The position numbers and the translations under genes were made by a program. From a virus: a DNA stretch of 64,000 nucleotides. This document shows, piece by piece, positions 38,566 through 47,311 of this stretch. The notes under the pieces were generated by a model. It ran no database searches and was not told where the DNA came from. It saw nothing but the letters and a program-made list of their open reading frames with translations. Where the stretch lies: positions 32,001-96,000 of IMG/VR virus record IMGVR_UViG_3300010158_000028; one strand, 5' to 3'. Within the stretch, counting starts at the first letter, position 1; every line of letters starts with the position of its first letter.

Positions 38566-41100
38566 TTATAAAAAGAAACTATCAAGTGAATTTGTTTTTT
38601 CTGCTTCCCAGTTAAGGCAATTCAAAATAATCTTAACGGGATCTAGGTATGCTTTTTCAAATTGTGTGTCATAATCTATGTAGTTGTCCAACTTGAATTC
38701 TGACGGCAATCTTGATGGATAAGATATAACAGTATCTTTAAATGGATTAGGTTGTTTAAGATAGGTAAACTTTATCTTCTCACCTTCTTGTATTAATGGA
38801 TACTTCTTTGTTAAACCAAACTTCTCTAGATTATGATTATAGATTATTGCACCTTTAACATGAATTGGTGTACCTTTCTTATACATCGTAGTTTTATCAG
38901 AATAATCTTTAAGACCATTCATACCTCTTGGAAAAGATATTTCTTCAGGTGGTAATAATTTGAAATCTTTTCTAAATTGAGCAATGAAATCTTGCACATC
39001 TGATTCAGTACCATTAATCATTAGTTTAATAGTATCAGACATTTTACCACGGATAGATTGAGGTGTTGAAGATTTAACCATTTCAAGTCCCATAACTTTC
39101 ATGTGAGGTTCATTATACTGAACACCCTCATTATTATAGACATTCATAATATATCTTTTCTTTGCAGTCCAGATACCTTTGTTTGCAAGTGCTTCACGTT
39201 TCATTTGCATTTTTTGTTCGAAGGCGTGGACATAATCAGCAAGCTCTTTATAACTTTCATCAATAAAAGGTTGTATCTTATCTTCACAGACACGGTCCAT
39301 GAAGGCAATGACATTCTTAATATCACTTGTTTCAGGATGCACTTTCTCAACAAGCTCACTAAGACGGAGATATATCGAATCTGTATCCGAAGCAATAACA
39401 TAATCTTTATCCGTTTTCAAAAGTTTATTCATGTATTGATTTAACTTGTTCTCAATCCATCTTATACTTAGTTGACCTGCAGATGTAACTCCTAATGCCA
39501 TCCGTAGGTCATAAAAACGAAAATACTGACTTCCCAAAGCACCATATGCTGAATTGAGACCAACTTTCTTAGCCAGTTGTAGATTGTTGTATCTTGCAAT
39601 TTGTTTTTCAATTTCGTATTTTTTAGATTCATCTTTTTCATTCTCATAATCTTGTTGGGCTTTCAACATCATATTCTTAAACTTCTTTCTATCCTCATAC
39701 ATATCTTGCAACATATTAGGTAAGAAACCACGAATCTTTGTATTAAAGAATTGACCATTAGGCGTTAGTGTTACGCCTTCAATATCAGTCAAATCAATTT
39801 CTTTATTCAACATCTTATTGACAGTTACACCTTTAGATATAACATCTTGCATTTTTAAAGTATAATCTTTAGGATCAATTACTGTTTCAGGTGAAATGTT
39901 AAATTGCATCATCAAATGTGGATAGAGTGAATTCAAGTCAAATGATGCAACCCATTCATGCATACCAACCTGTGGGTCTTTAACATATGCACCTTCAAAT
40001 CTTCCATCTTTACTTGTATGTAGATTGGGTGGAACAATAATATCTCTATTCAATAGATAACCATATGTCATTGCATCCCACATACGAGTCTGTGCAAAGA
40101 TATCACTATAATTTGTTTTAGTATCATATGCAATAGTAAGACCCAATTCAATTAACTTTAATTTGTCTTCCAGTTTAAGAATCAAATCAACGTCTTTGAT
40201 GTTATACTCAATAAACTTTTGATAGTTTAACCGATATAGTTGATGTAGATTTTCAAATTCATCATATGATATCTTACCTTCACCCAATTCAACCTGTGCA
40301 ATATTATCTAAACGATATGACTCTTGTGATTTACCACCAGGTGCATACCATCTATACAATTCAATATAATCAAGTATTGCAACACCACTAATCTCATATG
40401 CAACATTCTTTTTATTCATTGCATATACTTCACGTTCATTAATCATGTACCATGGTGATAGTTTTCTATCAGTATCATCACCAAGTATTTTTCTAAATCT
40501 ATTAACAAGATATGGGATATCAAAGAATTTAATATTCCAACCAGTTACAACATCGGGATAATTTACTTGCCAATCTTCAAGAAATGTTTTACATAAAGTG
40601 TATTCATCACGACACTTAATATATTTTACATTCTCATCATTATTGATGTAATTACCACAACCATATACTTTACTTTTACCACCAATGTATTTAATACAAA
40701 TTGCGGTGATAGGTTCAGATGCAATATATGGATCAGGAAATCCATTCTCTGATCCAACTTCAATATCAATAACAGCAATCTTTATCTTATCTTGATCCCA
40801 TTCAATATCACCTTTGAAATTCTCTGCAATGAAAGCATATTCAAATCGTGAGTTACCATATACTTTGAAATTTTCTACTTGTTCGTAATTCTTAATGAAA
40901 TCACGAGCATCTTTCATTGTCTCAAATTTTAAAGGTTCAAGTGTCTCACCGTTGAGTGATTTAAATTTAGTTTGTTTATTAGATTGTAAATACAAAGTAG
41001 GAGTATATGCTACTTTGAGACATACACTCCTACCATTCTTTACACCACGATACAGGATGTTGTTGCCAACAGCCAATACACTAGTATAAAAATCTGCCAT
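38566..41100 (-). CDS. 43: Family B DNA polymerase (T4 gp43)
   Basis: DIE exonuclease, SFDLNSLYPH, K..LNSAYG, DTDS, KKRY, KSSTP. Confidence 0.98.
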   Translation of the reverse strand: MADFYTSVLAVGNNILYRGVKNGRSVCLKVAYTPTLYLQSNKQTKFKSLNGETLEPLKFETMKDARDFIKNYEQVENFKVYGNSRFEYAFIAENFKGDIEWDQDKIKIAVIDIEVGSENGFPDPYIASEPITAICIKYIGGKSKVYGCGNYINNDENVKYIKCRDEYTLCKTFLEDWQVNYPDVVTGWNIKFFDIPYLVNRFRKILGDDTDRKLSPWYMINEREVYAMNKKNVAYEISGVAILDYIELYRWYAPGGKSQESYRLDNIAQVELGEGKISYDEFENLHQLYRLNYQKFIEYNIKDVDLILKLEDKLKLIELGLTIAYDTKTNYSDIFAQTRMWDAMTYGYLLNRDIIVPPNLHTSKDGRFEGAYVKDPQVGMHEWVASFDLNSLYPHLMMQFNISPETVIDPKDYTLKMQDVISKGVTVNKMLNKEIDLTDIEGVTLTPNGQFFNTKIRGFLPNMLQDMYEDRKKFKNMMLKAQQDYENEKDESKKYEIEKQIARYNNLQLAKKVGLNSAYGALGSQYFRFYDLRMALGVTSAGQLSIRWIENKLNQYMNKLLKTDKDYVIASDTDSIYLRLSELVEKVHPETSDIKNVIAFMDRVCEDKIQPFIDESYKELADYVHAFEQKMQMKREALANKGIWTAKKRYIMNVYNNEGVQYNEPHMKVMGLEMVKSSTPQSIRGKMSDTIKLMINGTESDVQDFIAQFRKDFKLLPPEEISFPRGMNGLKDYSDKTTMYKKGTPIHVKGAIIYNHNLEKFGLTKKYPLIQEGEKIKFTYLKQPNPFKDTVISYPSRLPSEFKLDNYIDYDTQFEKAYLDPVKIILNCLNWEAEKTNSLDSFFL

Positions 41101-41399
41101 TATAATTTAAGAATACTTGGATCTGCGATTTGAATTCCTGAACCAAAATACTTATTATAAGCATTTAGAAGTTCGGTTGCAGGTGTTGCTAAAGTTAGAA
41201 AATTTTGATTGTCAATTATAATACCTGTATCAAACTCTTGTGCATAAAGTAAGAAAGGTGAGAACCCAATCATAGCTTCGCCACTAGGAGAATTTTGCAT
41301 AACAATTGCTGCAGGTTTAATAATCTTAATATAACTTGTACCTATTTCAGTTTCAGCAATCAAGTTCATACTGTTTTTCAATGCAATAATTTTAATCAT
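41100..41399 (-). CDS. Small beta-barrel (Sm-like) hypothetical protein
   Basis: IK...L....LI, P...V, P....LN.Y...FGSGI, a pattern common in T4-like phages. Confidence 0.55.
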   Translation of the reverse strand: MIKIIALKNSMNLIAETEIGTSYIKIIKPAAIVMQNSPSGEAMIGFSPFLLYAQEFDTGIIIDNQNFLTLATPATELLNAYNKYFGSGIQIADPSILKL

Positions 41400-41622
41400 A
41401 TACTTGTACCTTATAGGAAGGATCCAATACTGCTAATGTGACCCATTTTTTTGGAAACAACATCTCACGACCACGAAAATCGTTCATGCTATAGTTAGGA
41501 TCGTCAACTAGACCAACCAATTCAACCTTATCATCAAAATCACGATAATGAAGATCATACTTAATTGCTTTAGTCAAATTCTCTTTGATTGCAATTGTTT
41601 TTGCCAATGTTCTAATATTCAT
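41392..41622 (-). CDS. Hypothetical protein
   Basis: ORF behind a consensus promoter. Confidence 0.6.
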   Translation of the reverse strand: MNIRTLAKTIAIKENLTKAIKYDLHYRDFDDKVELVGLVDDPNYSMNDFRGREMLFPKKWVTLAVLDPSYKVQVYD

Positions 41623-41651
41623 AAATTTTATTTCTAAATGTTTAAAATACT

Positions 41652-41680
41652 ATTATATAACGAATAGGTCTGTATGTCAA
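41652..41680 (-). promoter_or_regulatory. Sigma70 consensus promoter (gp43 operon)
   Basis: TTGACA-17-TATAAT. Confidence 0.85.
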
Positions 41681-42195
41681 GACTTATTCACATGTTTACC
41701 AAAATTAGGTTCTTGCCATCCTTCTGGTTTCAAAACTTTACCATCTTCTCTCTTTAATACTTTACCAGACTTCTGGTCAATCTTTGCCAAATTACTATTG
41801 GCAACTTCTGACCATGCACCATCTACATTAAAACCTTTCATCTTACAATAACCAAGTATTACCCAAATCATATCCATACAGGCATCTAATTGTTCTACAT
41901 CATCATTGTTCCAAAATGCTTCCATAAATTCTGCATATTCTTCAGATATGAGTTTAGAATATAATTCAGCATTTTCTTTTGAAGGTATTTGACCACATGC
42001 CTCTAAGAATGTAGTTACAGAGTTATGCAGCATTTCTCTACCAATTTTTTTGATGACAATTTCACCATCATCATTTTTACTGATATCTAGAACATCACCT
42101 GTAGACCAACCAACATCAGTTAAAAGTTGTTCATTTAATTCTATGATTGCATCACCATTATCACATACTTCTAATACTTTACTTTCGTAAATCAT
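41677..42195 (-). CDS. AbrB-like domain fused to MazG/PRA-PH-type NTP pyrophosphohydrolase
   Basis: N-terminal I.L...L...GW..GD.L; C-terminal LI.EE..E, D...D..WV, V..SN..K, REDGKVLKPEGW. Confidence 0.75.
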   Translation of the reverse strand: MIYESKVLEVCDNGDAIIELNEQLLTDVGWSTGDVLDISKNDDGEIVIKKIGREMLHNSVTTFLEACGQIPSKENAELYSKLISEEYAEFMEAFWNNDDVEQLDACMDMIWVILGYCKMKGFNVDGAWSEVANSNLAKIDQKSGKVLKREDGKVLKPEGWQEPNFGKHVNKS

Positions 42196-42359
42196 TCTTC
42201 ACTCACTTTTTCTTTTTTGGTTGAGAACCGTGCTCGTTCTTTAGCAATTTGACTTTCAATTGCAAACTTCTTATACATTGTGTATTCATCTTTATTAAGG
42301 ATAGTTGCCAATACACGTTTAGCAGGTTTATTCAACCTGAAATTTTTATCTGCTTTCAT
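42192..42359 (-). CDS. Small basic protein (55 aa)
   Basis: MKADKNFRLNKPAKRVLA...; SD GGAG; ATGA coupling to the next gene. Confidence 0.6.
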   Translation of the reverse strand: MKADKNFRLNKPAKRVLATILNKDEYTMYKKFAIESQIAKERARFSTKKEKVSEE

Positions 42360-42427
42360 AATATCTCCATGTTGTAAAGAGAACTCGAGCGTATGATAAT
42401 CAACTCACAGAGGCCCGAGCCGTGTTG

Positions 42428-42883
42428 TTACTCAGTCAAAAGTTGTGGTTTACTAAATGTGATTTCTTTAGTACCAACATCAATTCTACGAGGTTTCTTT
42501 GATTCAGGAATAATATTCTCTAAACCAATTCTAAGAATACCATCTCTGTATTGTGAACCACATACTTCAATGGTATCTGCCAATTGAAAATTCTTAGTAA
42601 ATGATCTTGTACCAATACCACGATACAGATATTCACCAGAATCTACAGCAGGTTTCTTTTGACCTTTGATTGTTAAAACATTTTCGGTAACAACAACATC
42701 AATTTCATCTTGAGAAAAACCAGCAATAGCCATCTCAATTAGATATTGATTGTCATTGATTCTACTAATGTTGTGAGGTGGGAACTTATCAATAGAGGTT
42801 GCATCTGTCATTGTTTGCAATTGTTCAAACAATTTTTCAAATCCAACATACCGATGAAGCATAGGTGTAAAAGTATAAGTCAT
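42428..42883 (-). CDS. hsp20: Small heat-shock protein (IbpA/Hsp20)
   Basis: FPPHNI, IEMAIAGF, YLYRGI..RSF, DGIL.I.L..IPE..KPR.I. Confidence 0.93.
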   Translation of the reverse strand: MTYTFTPMLHRYVGFEKLFEQLQTMTDATSIDKFPPHNISRINDNQYLIEMAIAGFSQDEIDVVVTENVLTIKGQKKPAVDSGEYLYRGIGTRSFTKNFQLADTIEVCGSQYRDGILRIGLENIIPESKKPRRIDVGTKEITFSKPQLLTE

Positions 42884-42888
42884 AATAG

Positions 42889-42936
42889 ACTCCTTGTTAA
42901 GCGAGTTAAAAAAATATGTAACCCCGAAGGCATTAC
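42889..42936 (-). promoter_or_regulatory. Structured hsp20 leader with ROSE-like SD hairpin
   Basis: UUCG-capped hairpin, then ACUCGCU-UAACA-AGGAGU pairing the SD with a bulged G. Confidence 0.65.
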
Positions 42937-42940
42937 AATC

Positions 42941-43117
42941 TTATTTATTCAAAATTTTATAGGCAGCACGATTTACCAGAAAAAATCTTTCAATATTTTC
43001 CTGAGTAAATACTTTAATAAAATTTAAACCTTCAACGATTTTAATATCTTCTATGTTTTCACAAAAGACAATTTCACCATTGAAGATGTTCTCTAGTTTT
43101 ATTGGTTGTTTGTTCAT
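42941..43117 (-). CDS. Small hypothetical protein (58 aa)
   Basis: Hand translation MNKQPIKLEN...; SD GGTGA. Confidence 0.6.
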   Translation of the reverse strand: MNKQPIKLENIFNGEIVFCENIEDIKIVEGLNFIKVFTQENIERFFLVNRAAYKILNK

Positions 43118-43131
43118 AATAAATCACCATG

Positions 43132-43530
43132 TTAAATACGTTTTTTGCCAATATTATACTTACTTACTAATTCCCAATCATCTTTTTCTTTGTATGCAAT
43201 GATCTTGATTTGATGAATAGGCGCAATATTGTTTTCCATAATCTTAGGATTAACAATCTTTACCAATCCCCAATCTTGCAGTAACTTAGCGATTGCATTC
43301 CGTCTTTGAATATCATTATCTGATAGGTTAGAAGGTTTGCCATCTAAATCAAACAACTCTTTGAAATGAACAATGTAGTATTGTCCTTGTTTATGTAGAA
43401 TGTGACAAGACTGGTACAAAATCTTATCTTTCCGTGAAGATACGCCAATACGTGTTAAAGTTTCTTTTACTTTTAAGAAGTCATCACTCTTTTCAAGTTT
43501 AACCTCAACGAAATCTAAAATATTTACCAT
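43132..43530 (-). CDS. regA: Translational repressor RegA
   Basis: DDFLKVKETLTRIG, LYQSCHILHKQG.YYIVHFKELF. Confidence 0.97.
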   Translation of the reverse strand: MVNILDFVEVKLEKSDDFLKVKETLTRIGVSSRKDKILYQSCHILHKQGQYYIVHFKELFDLDGKPSNLSDNDIQRRNAIAKLLQDWGLVKIVNPKIMENNIAPIHQIKIIAYKEKDDWELVSKYNIGKKRI

Positions 43531-43531
43531 G

Positions 43532-43915
43532 CTATTTCCTCAATCCACCGATATCGGTTTTTTCTTTTAATTGTTGGATTTGTTCATCACTAAGTAGGCG
43601 AAGCGCCTCAATAGCCTTGGCATCTGAAAAACCATAATATTTCTTTAAACATTCTATATCTTCAACTTTCTCAGGTTTAATCCACTTAGCAAATGGTCTT
43701 TTTCTGGACCTAATTGTATTTATAAGAAAATCATTTTGTAACTTCTTATCTAAGTGGTGCCTACGATTCATCTCATTAGCATAGGCAATACAGTCCATAT
43801 GATAGGAAAGACTACGGTTTACTAGAAAAGGAACATATTCACTTTCAGTAACTTCATCGACAATAAGTTGTTTTTTACCTTTCAATATTTCGTTAACATA
43901 ATCAAATGGATTCAT
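43532..43915 (-). CDS. 62: Clamp loader small subunit (gp62)
   Basis: Y.PFLVNRSLS, ANEMN, YYG.S..KA; synteny. Confidence 0.9.
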   Translation of the reverse strand: MNPFDYVNEILKGKKQLIVDEVTESEYVPFLVNRSLSYHMDCIAYANEMNRRHHLDKKLQNDFLINTIRSRKRPFAKWIKPEKVEDIECLKKYYGFSDAKAIEALRLLSDEQIQQLKEKTDIGGLRK

Positions 43916-44844
43916 TATTTGAATTCCAAATTAACCATCAATTCAGTTAAACATGCAACAATATTAATCTCTGCATCGGCAACAAATGCTTGTTTATATT
44001 GATAGTCAGCAAGAATAATTACTGCTTGCGGTATACTGCCCGGTTGTAATACTTCATATAAACTATCGTATAACTTACGATAAATTGTCTGTGGATCAAC
44101 ATCATTACTTGCAACCCATTTACGAATTGAACCAAAGTCTTTGTCTTTAATGAAACCAACAATCTGTGATAATGATACATCGGTAATATGTGCTAGAACA
44201 CCAGTATCAATCTTACCGAATTGTGAGAATCGTTGTAGTTCATTTATTACACGCCGAAAATCAGGAAAGTGTTTCTTGATTAATTCTGCAATAACTTTAG
44301 GTTCAAACTCAATCTTTTCTGTCTTAAGAATAGTTTGTATGCGTTTAAAGAATTGACCTGCCATCTCAGTCTTTTCATCATTCTTTAATGCAAAATCAAT
44401 GACTGCACACCGAGAATGGAGTGGTTCAATCATCTTACTTTTGTAATTGCAAGTAAAGATAAAGGAACAATTCTTTGAAAATTCTTCAATAGAATTTCTA
44501 AATGCTGCTTGAGCATTTGCAGATAGATAATCTGCTTCATCAATAATGATTACTCTACGATGTCCAGAAAATGACATTGCAGATGCATAGTTTTTAATCT
44601 TATGCCGAACAACATCAACACCATTCTCATCAGAACCATTGATGATCATGTAATCACAACCAATTTGTTCACACATGGCTTTTGCAACTGTAGTCTTACC
44701 TACGCCTGCACCGCCAGATAGAAGTAAATTAGGAATACTATTTTGATTAACATACTCCTGAAACGGTGTTTTTAACCGTTCAGGTAGTATGCAATCTTCA
44801 ATCGTCTTAGGCCGATATGCTTCTGTCCATAATAAATGTTTCAT
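43915..44844 (-). CDS. 44: Clamp loader large subunit (gp44)
   Basis: W.E.YRP, GVGKTT, DEAD, HSRC, FPDFR. Confidence 0.96.
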   Translation of the reverse strand: MKHLLWTEAYRPKTIEDCILPERLKTPFQEYVNQNSIPNLLLSGGAGVGKTTVAKAMCEQIGCDYMIINGSDENGVDVVRHKIKNYASAMSFSGHRRVIIIDEADYLSANAQAAFRNSIEEFSKNCSFIFTCNYKSKMIEPLHSRCAVIDFALKNDEKTEMAGQFFKRIQTILKTEKIEFEPKVIAELIKKHFPDFRRVINELQRFSQFGKIDTGVLAHITDVSLSQIVGFIKDKDFGSIRKWVASNDVDPQTIYRKLYDSLYEVLQPGSIPQAVIILADYQYKQAFVADAEINIVACLTELMVNLEFK

Positions 44845-44869
44845 TCACATACTCCATAATATAATTAAA

Positions 44870-45046
44870 CTACTTCAATTCACCATTCAATCTACCAATT
44901 ACTTCCATATAATTACCCGTAACTTTAGTAGTACCGCCATCTGCCATAACAATATTAGCACCTGCCATTGTTGCTTCTACTAACATAACAAAATTTGGAT
45001 TGATTGCAACACTACCAGCATCAGGTCGTTCAAAATAAATTAACAT
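44870..45046 (-). CDS. Small hypothetical protein (58 aa)
   Basis: Hand translation MLIYFERPDAGSVAINP..V..VE...V.GRLN. Confidence 0.6.
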   Translation of the reverse strand: MLIYFERPDAGSVAINPNFVMLVEATMAGANIVMADGGTTKVTGNYMEVIGRLNGELK

Positions 45047-45047
45047 A

Positions 45048-45725
45048 TTAACCCTTTGTAAATGTTGAACCTGGTTCAGATGTAATCCAATAATTCAATT
45101 CTAATTCTGCATGTTTAAAATTTGATACACCTTTAGATGAAATGTTTACAATGTAATTACCAGGATACATTACAAAGTTTTGCATTTTAAATAGAATGTT
45201 ATAAACATCACCATTGCCATCACACATAACTAATTCATTAGTTGCAGATGCATCATTCTTAGTATCAAATGCAAGAATAGATACTTTTGATCCATCAGAT
45301 TTAACTGCAACATCACTGGTACCCAATACATTTGTAATACGCTTTAGATGATTGTAATCTTCTTTTGTGAATGTAAATTGAATCTCAGCTTCAGGCATTG
45401 CAATTGGCTTTGATGGTGCAAGAGTAATCATCTCTGGATCACAGTAATAATATTTCAATTTATTTCTGCCATCAGCACTTATAAGTTTACATGCATTTTC
45501 TTCAAGTTCAATTTCAGTGCCATTGAACATAGTCAAAACTGCCAAAAAGTTATTCAAATCATATACACTAAAATCTTTTGTAACTTCATCTTCAGATTTA
45601 AATTCAGCAAGGATGTTTTTTGTTTTACTAACTGTGCGAATAACTTTACCAGTTTGAAACATAATGCTTTCATTAATTGTTCCAAAGTTCTTTAAGATTT
45701 CAATTGTTTGTTCAGATAATTTCAT
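45048..45725 (-). CDS. 45: Sliding clamp (gp45)
   Basis: MKLS..T..ILKNF..IN, YDLN.FL; synteny. Confidence 0.92.
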   Translation of the reverse strand: MKLSEQTIEILKNFGTINESIMFQTGKVIRTVSKTKNILAEFKSEDEVTKDFSVYDLNNFLAVLTMFNGTEIELEENACKLISADGRNKLKYYYCDPEMITLAPSKPIAMPEAEIQFTFTKEDYNHLKRITNVLGTSDVAVKSDGSKVSILAFDTKNDASATNELVMCDGNGDVYNILFKMQNFVMYPGNYIVNISSKGVSNFKHAELELNYWITSEPGSTFTKG

Positions 45726-45739
45726 AATATACTCCATAA

Positions 45740-46033
45740 TTAAATTTTTGTTTTAGAACCATATAACTCATCGTGATTGTGTAAAGCCATTATACTATAA
45801 TGAATCACTTTTAGCAAGTCTTTTCTGTTACGACCTTCTTTCTTACCGTATCTTTGTGCATATTTCATAATGTTACCGATACAGAAACCCTCACCGTGAC
45901 CACTATCCATTATAAACTCAGTTGCCTGAAATTTATTTTGTGAATAGTGTTCACCGTAAGTGTTATCAATATAGACTTTTAATTCATCGAGTATTCTACC
46001 TTCACTATACTTGTAATCTATATCACATCTCAT
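45740..46033 (-). CDS. DUF3310-like protein
   Basis: TY..HY, GFCIGNIMKYAQRYGKK. Confidence 0.7.
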   Translation of the reverse strand: MRCDIDYKYSEGRILDELKVYIDNTYGEHYSQNKFQATEFIMDSGHGEGFCIGNIMKYAQRYGKKEGRNRKDLLKVIHYSIMALHNHDELYGSKTKI

Positions 46034-46035
46034 GA

Positions 46036-46851
46036 TTATAGTTTACCAGTCAATTCAGCAACTTTAGGCATGTTACCAGTGAATGGATATGTACCAATAT
46101 GTTGTGTTTTCATCCATGGACACAAGTAGATTTCTCCACCAATCTTGCGCCACATCTGGCAAAACATATAATCTTCAGATAGATACCGATCAGAACCACC
46201 ACCAACAATAGAATCTTTAGTATCAATTACTGTATCAAAGTATGCATGAATATATCTTGAACCGTCAAAGTTTGCTTGACCAACATGATCAGGCTTATAC
46301 CGAATAGTAGGATATGCATCTCGCATCTTATCAAATACTTCACGTTTAACCATCATGAAACCTGTACCAATTTCTAATACTTGAAGTGGTTCAGTTACAG
46401 AAAAGTTTTTGGTACCATGAACAACATTAAACACATAATCACCAACAACATATTCTAAATCTTGTGGTGGTAAATCAGGATGTTTTCTTGCTGCTTCTGC
46501 TACATTGTTCCAATTGATAGATTTCTTAGGATAAGGTCCACCAACTACTTCTTTATCTAATGCCATCAATGCAATTACATCTTGCGGATTAAAATGAACA
46601 TCAGAATCAATGAAGAGTAGATGAGTGCATTCCGAACGGAGAAATTCATCTACAAGATAATTACGTGCCCGAGTGATAAGAGATTCATTAAACAAAAATG
46701 AAAACTTAACATCAACACCATATTTCATCATCATTACTTGCAAATCAAGGCATGATTTCATATACATGCCATATGACATACCACCATACATCGGTGTTGC
46801 CACAAACAACTTAAACTGTTTTAAATCTTCTAATTTAACTTTTATTTCCAT
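46036..46851 (-). CDS. GT-A fold glycosyltransferase-like protein
   Basis: ATPMYGG, ESLITRARN, FIDSD, GTGFM, SEDY.FC. Confidence 0.7.
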   Translation of the reverse strand: MEIKVKLEDLKQFKLFVATPMYGGMSYGMYMKSCLDLQVMMMKYGVDVKFSFLFNESLITRARNYLVDEFLRSECTHLLFIDSDVHFNPQDVIALMALDKEVVGGPYPKKSINWNNVAEAARKHPDLPPQDLEYVVGDYVFNVVHGTKNFSVTEPLQVLEIGTGFMMVKREVFDKMRDAYPTIRYKPDHVGQANFDGSRYIHAYFDTVIDTKDSIVGGGSDRYLSEDYMFCQMWRKIGGEIYLCPWMKTQHIGTYPFTGNMPKVAELTGKL

Positions 46852-46865
46852 AGTATATCCATTCT

Positions 46866-46902
46866 AAAAAAAGAGGTGACACAAATATATATGCATCACC
46901 TC
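46866..46902 (-). terminator. Rho-independent terminator
   Basis: GAGGTGA...TCACCTC stem followed by a T tract. Confidence 0.75.
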
Positions 46903-46921
46903 ATATAATTACACTACAGAT

Positions 46922-47188
46922 TTAGGCAAATGCAGCAGCACCCAACTCCTTATAAGCTGCAGCAACCATCTGACGATTAGGCGTACCTAAACGATAAACA
47001 GTGATAGTTTCACCGTTGGTTGTCTTTTTGCTATTGCGGTAGATACTATAACCCTCAGCACGTAATTCAGCAATGCGAGCAGAGAATCGCTCAATACCAT
47101 AACGGCTTTTAGCAACATTCTCAGTAATATCTTTACCAGTTTTGAAAAAGTCAAGTAGTTTTTCGTTTTGTGAACTATTTGATTTCAT
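46922..47188 (-). CDS. Winged HTH DNA-binding protein
   Basis: Q..K.L......IT...A...YGI....ARIAELR..GY.I. Confidence 0.7.
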   Translation of the reverse strand: MKSNSSQNEKLLDFFKTGKDITENVAKSRYGIERFSARIAELRAEGYSIYRNSKKTTNGETITVYRLGTPNRQMVAAAYKELGAAAFA

Positions 47189-47210
47189 AATAATACTCCA
47201 ATTTAGTTTT

Positions 47211-47253
47211 GTGTCGCAATTAAATTAAATTTACAGAGGCGACACTTCTCTGT
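47211..47253 (-). promoter_or_regulatory. H-type pseudoknot in the 5' UTR
   Basis: S1 ACAGAG/CUCUGU; loop GUGUCGC pairs with downstream GCGACAC. Confidence 0.65.
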
Positions 47254-47264
47254 TAATTTCAACT

Positions 47265-47293
47265 ATTATACTATAATTATATAACAGTGTCAA
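47265..47293 (-). promoter_or_regulatory. Sigma70 consensus promoter
   Basis: TTGACA-17-TATAAT. Confidence 0.85.
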
Positions 47294-47311
47294 CACTTTA
47301 ACAGGTAAATG

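Noticed and set aside
42372-42427. Hammerhead ribozyme
   Set aside because: CUGUGAG is not CUGANGA and there is no GAAA core
47211-47253. preQ1 or SAM-II riboswitch identity for the pseudoknot
   Set aside because: I could not recognise the conserved ligand-binding nucleotides, and the downstream gene is unrelated
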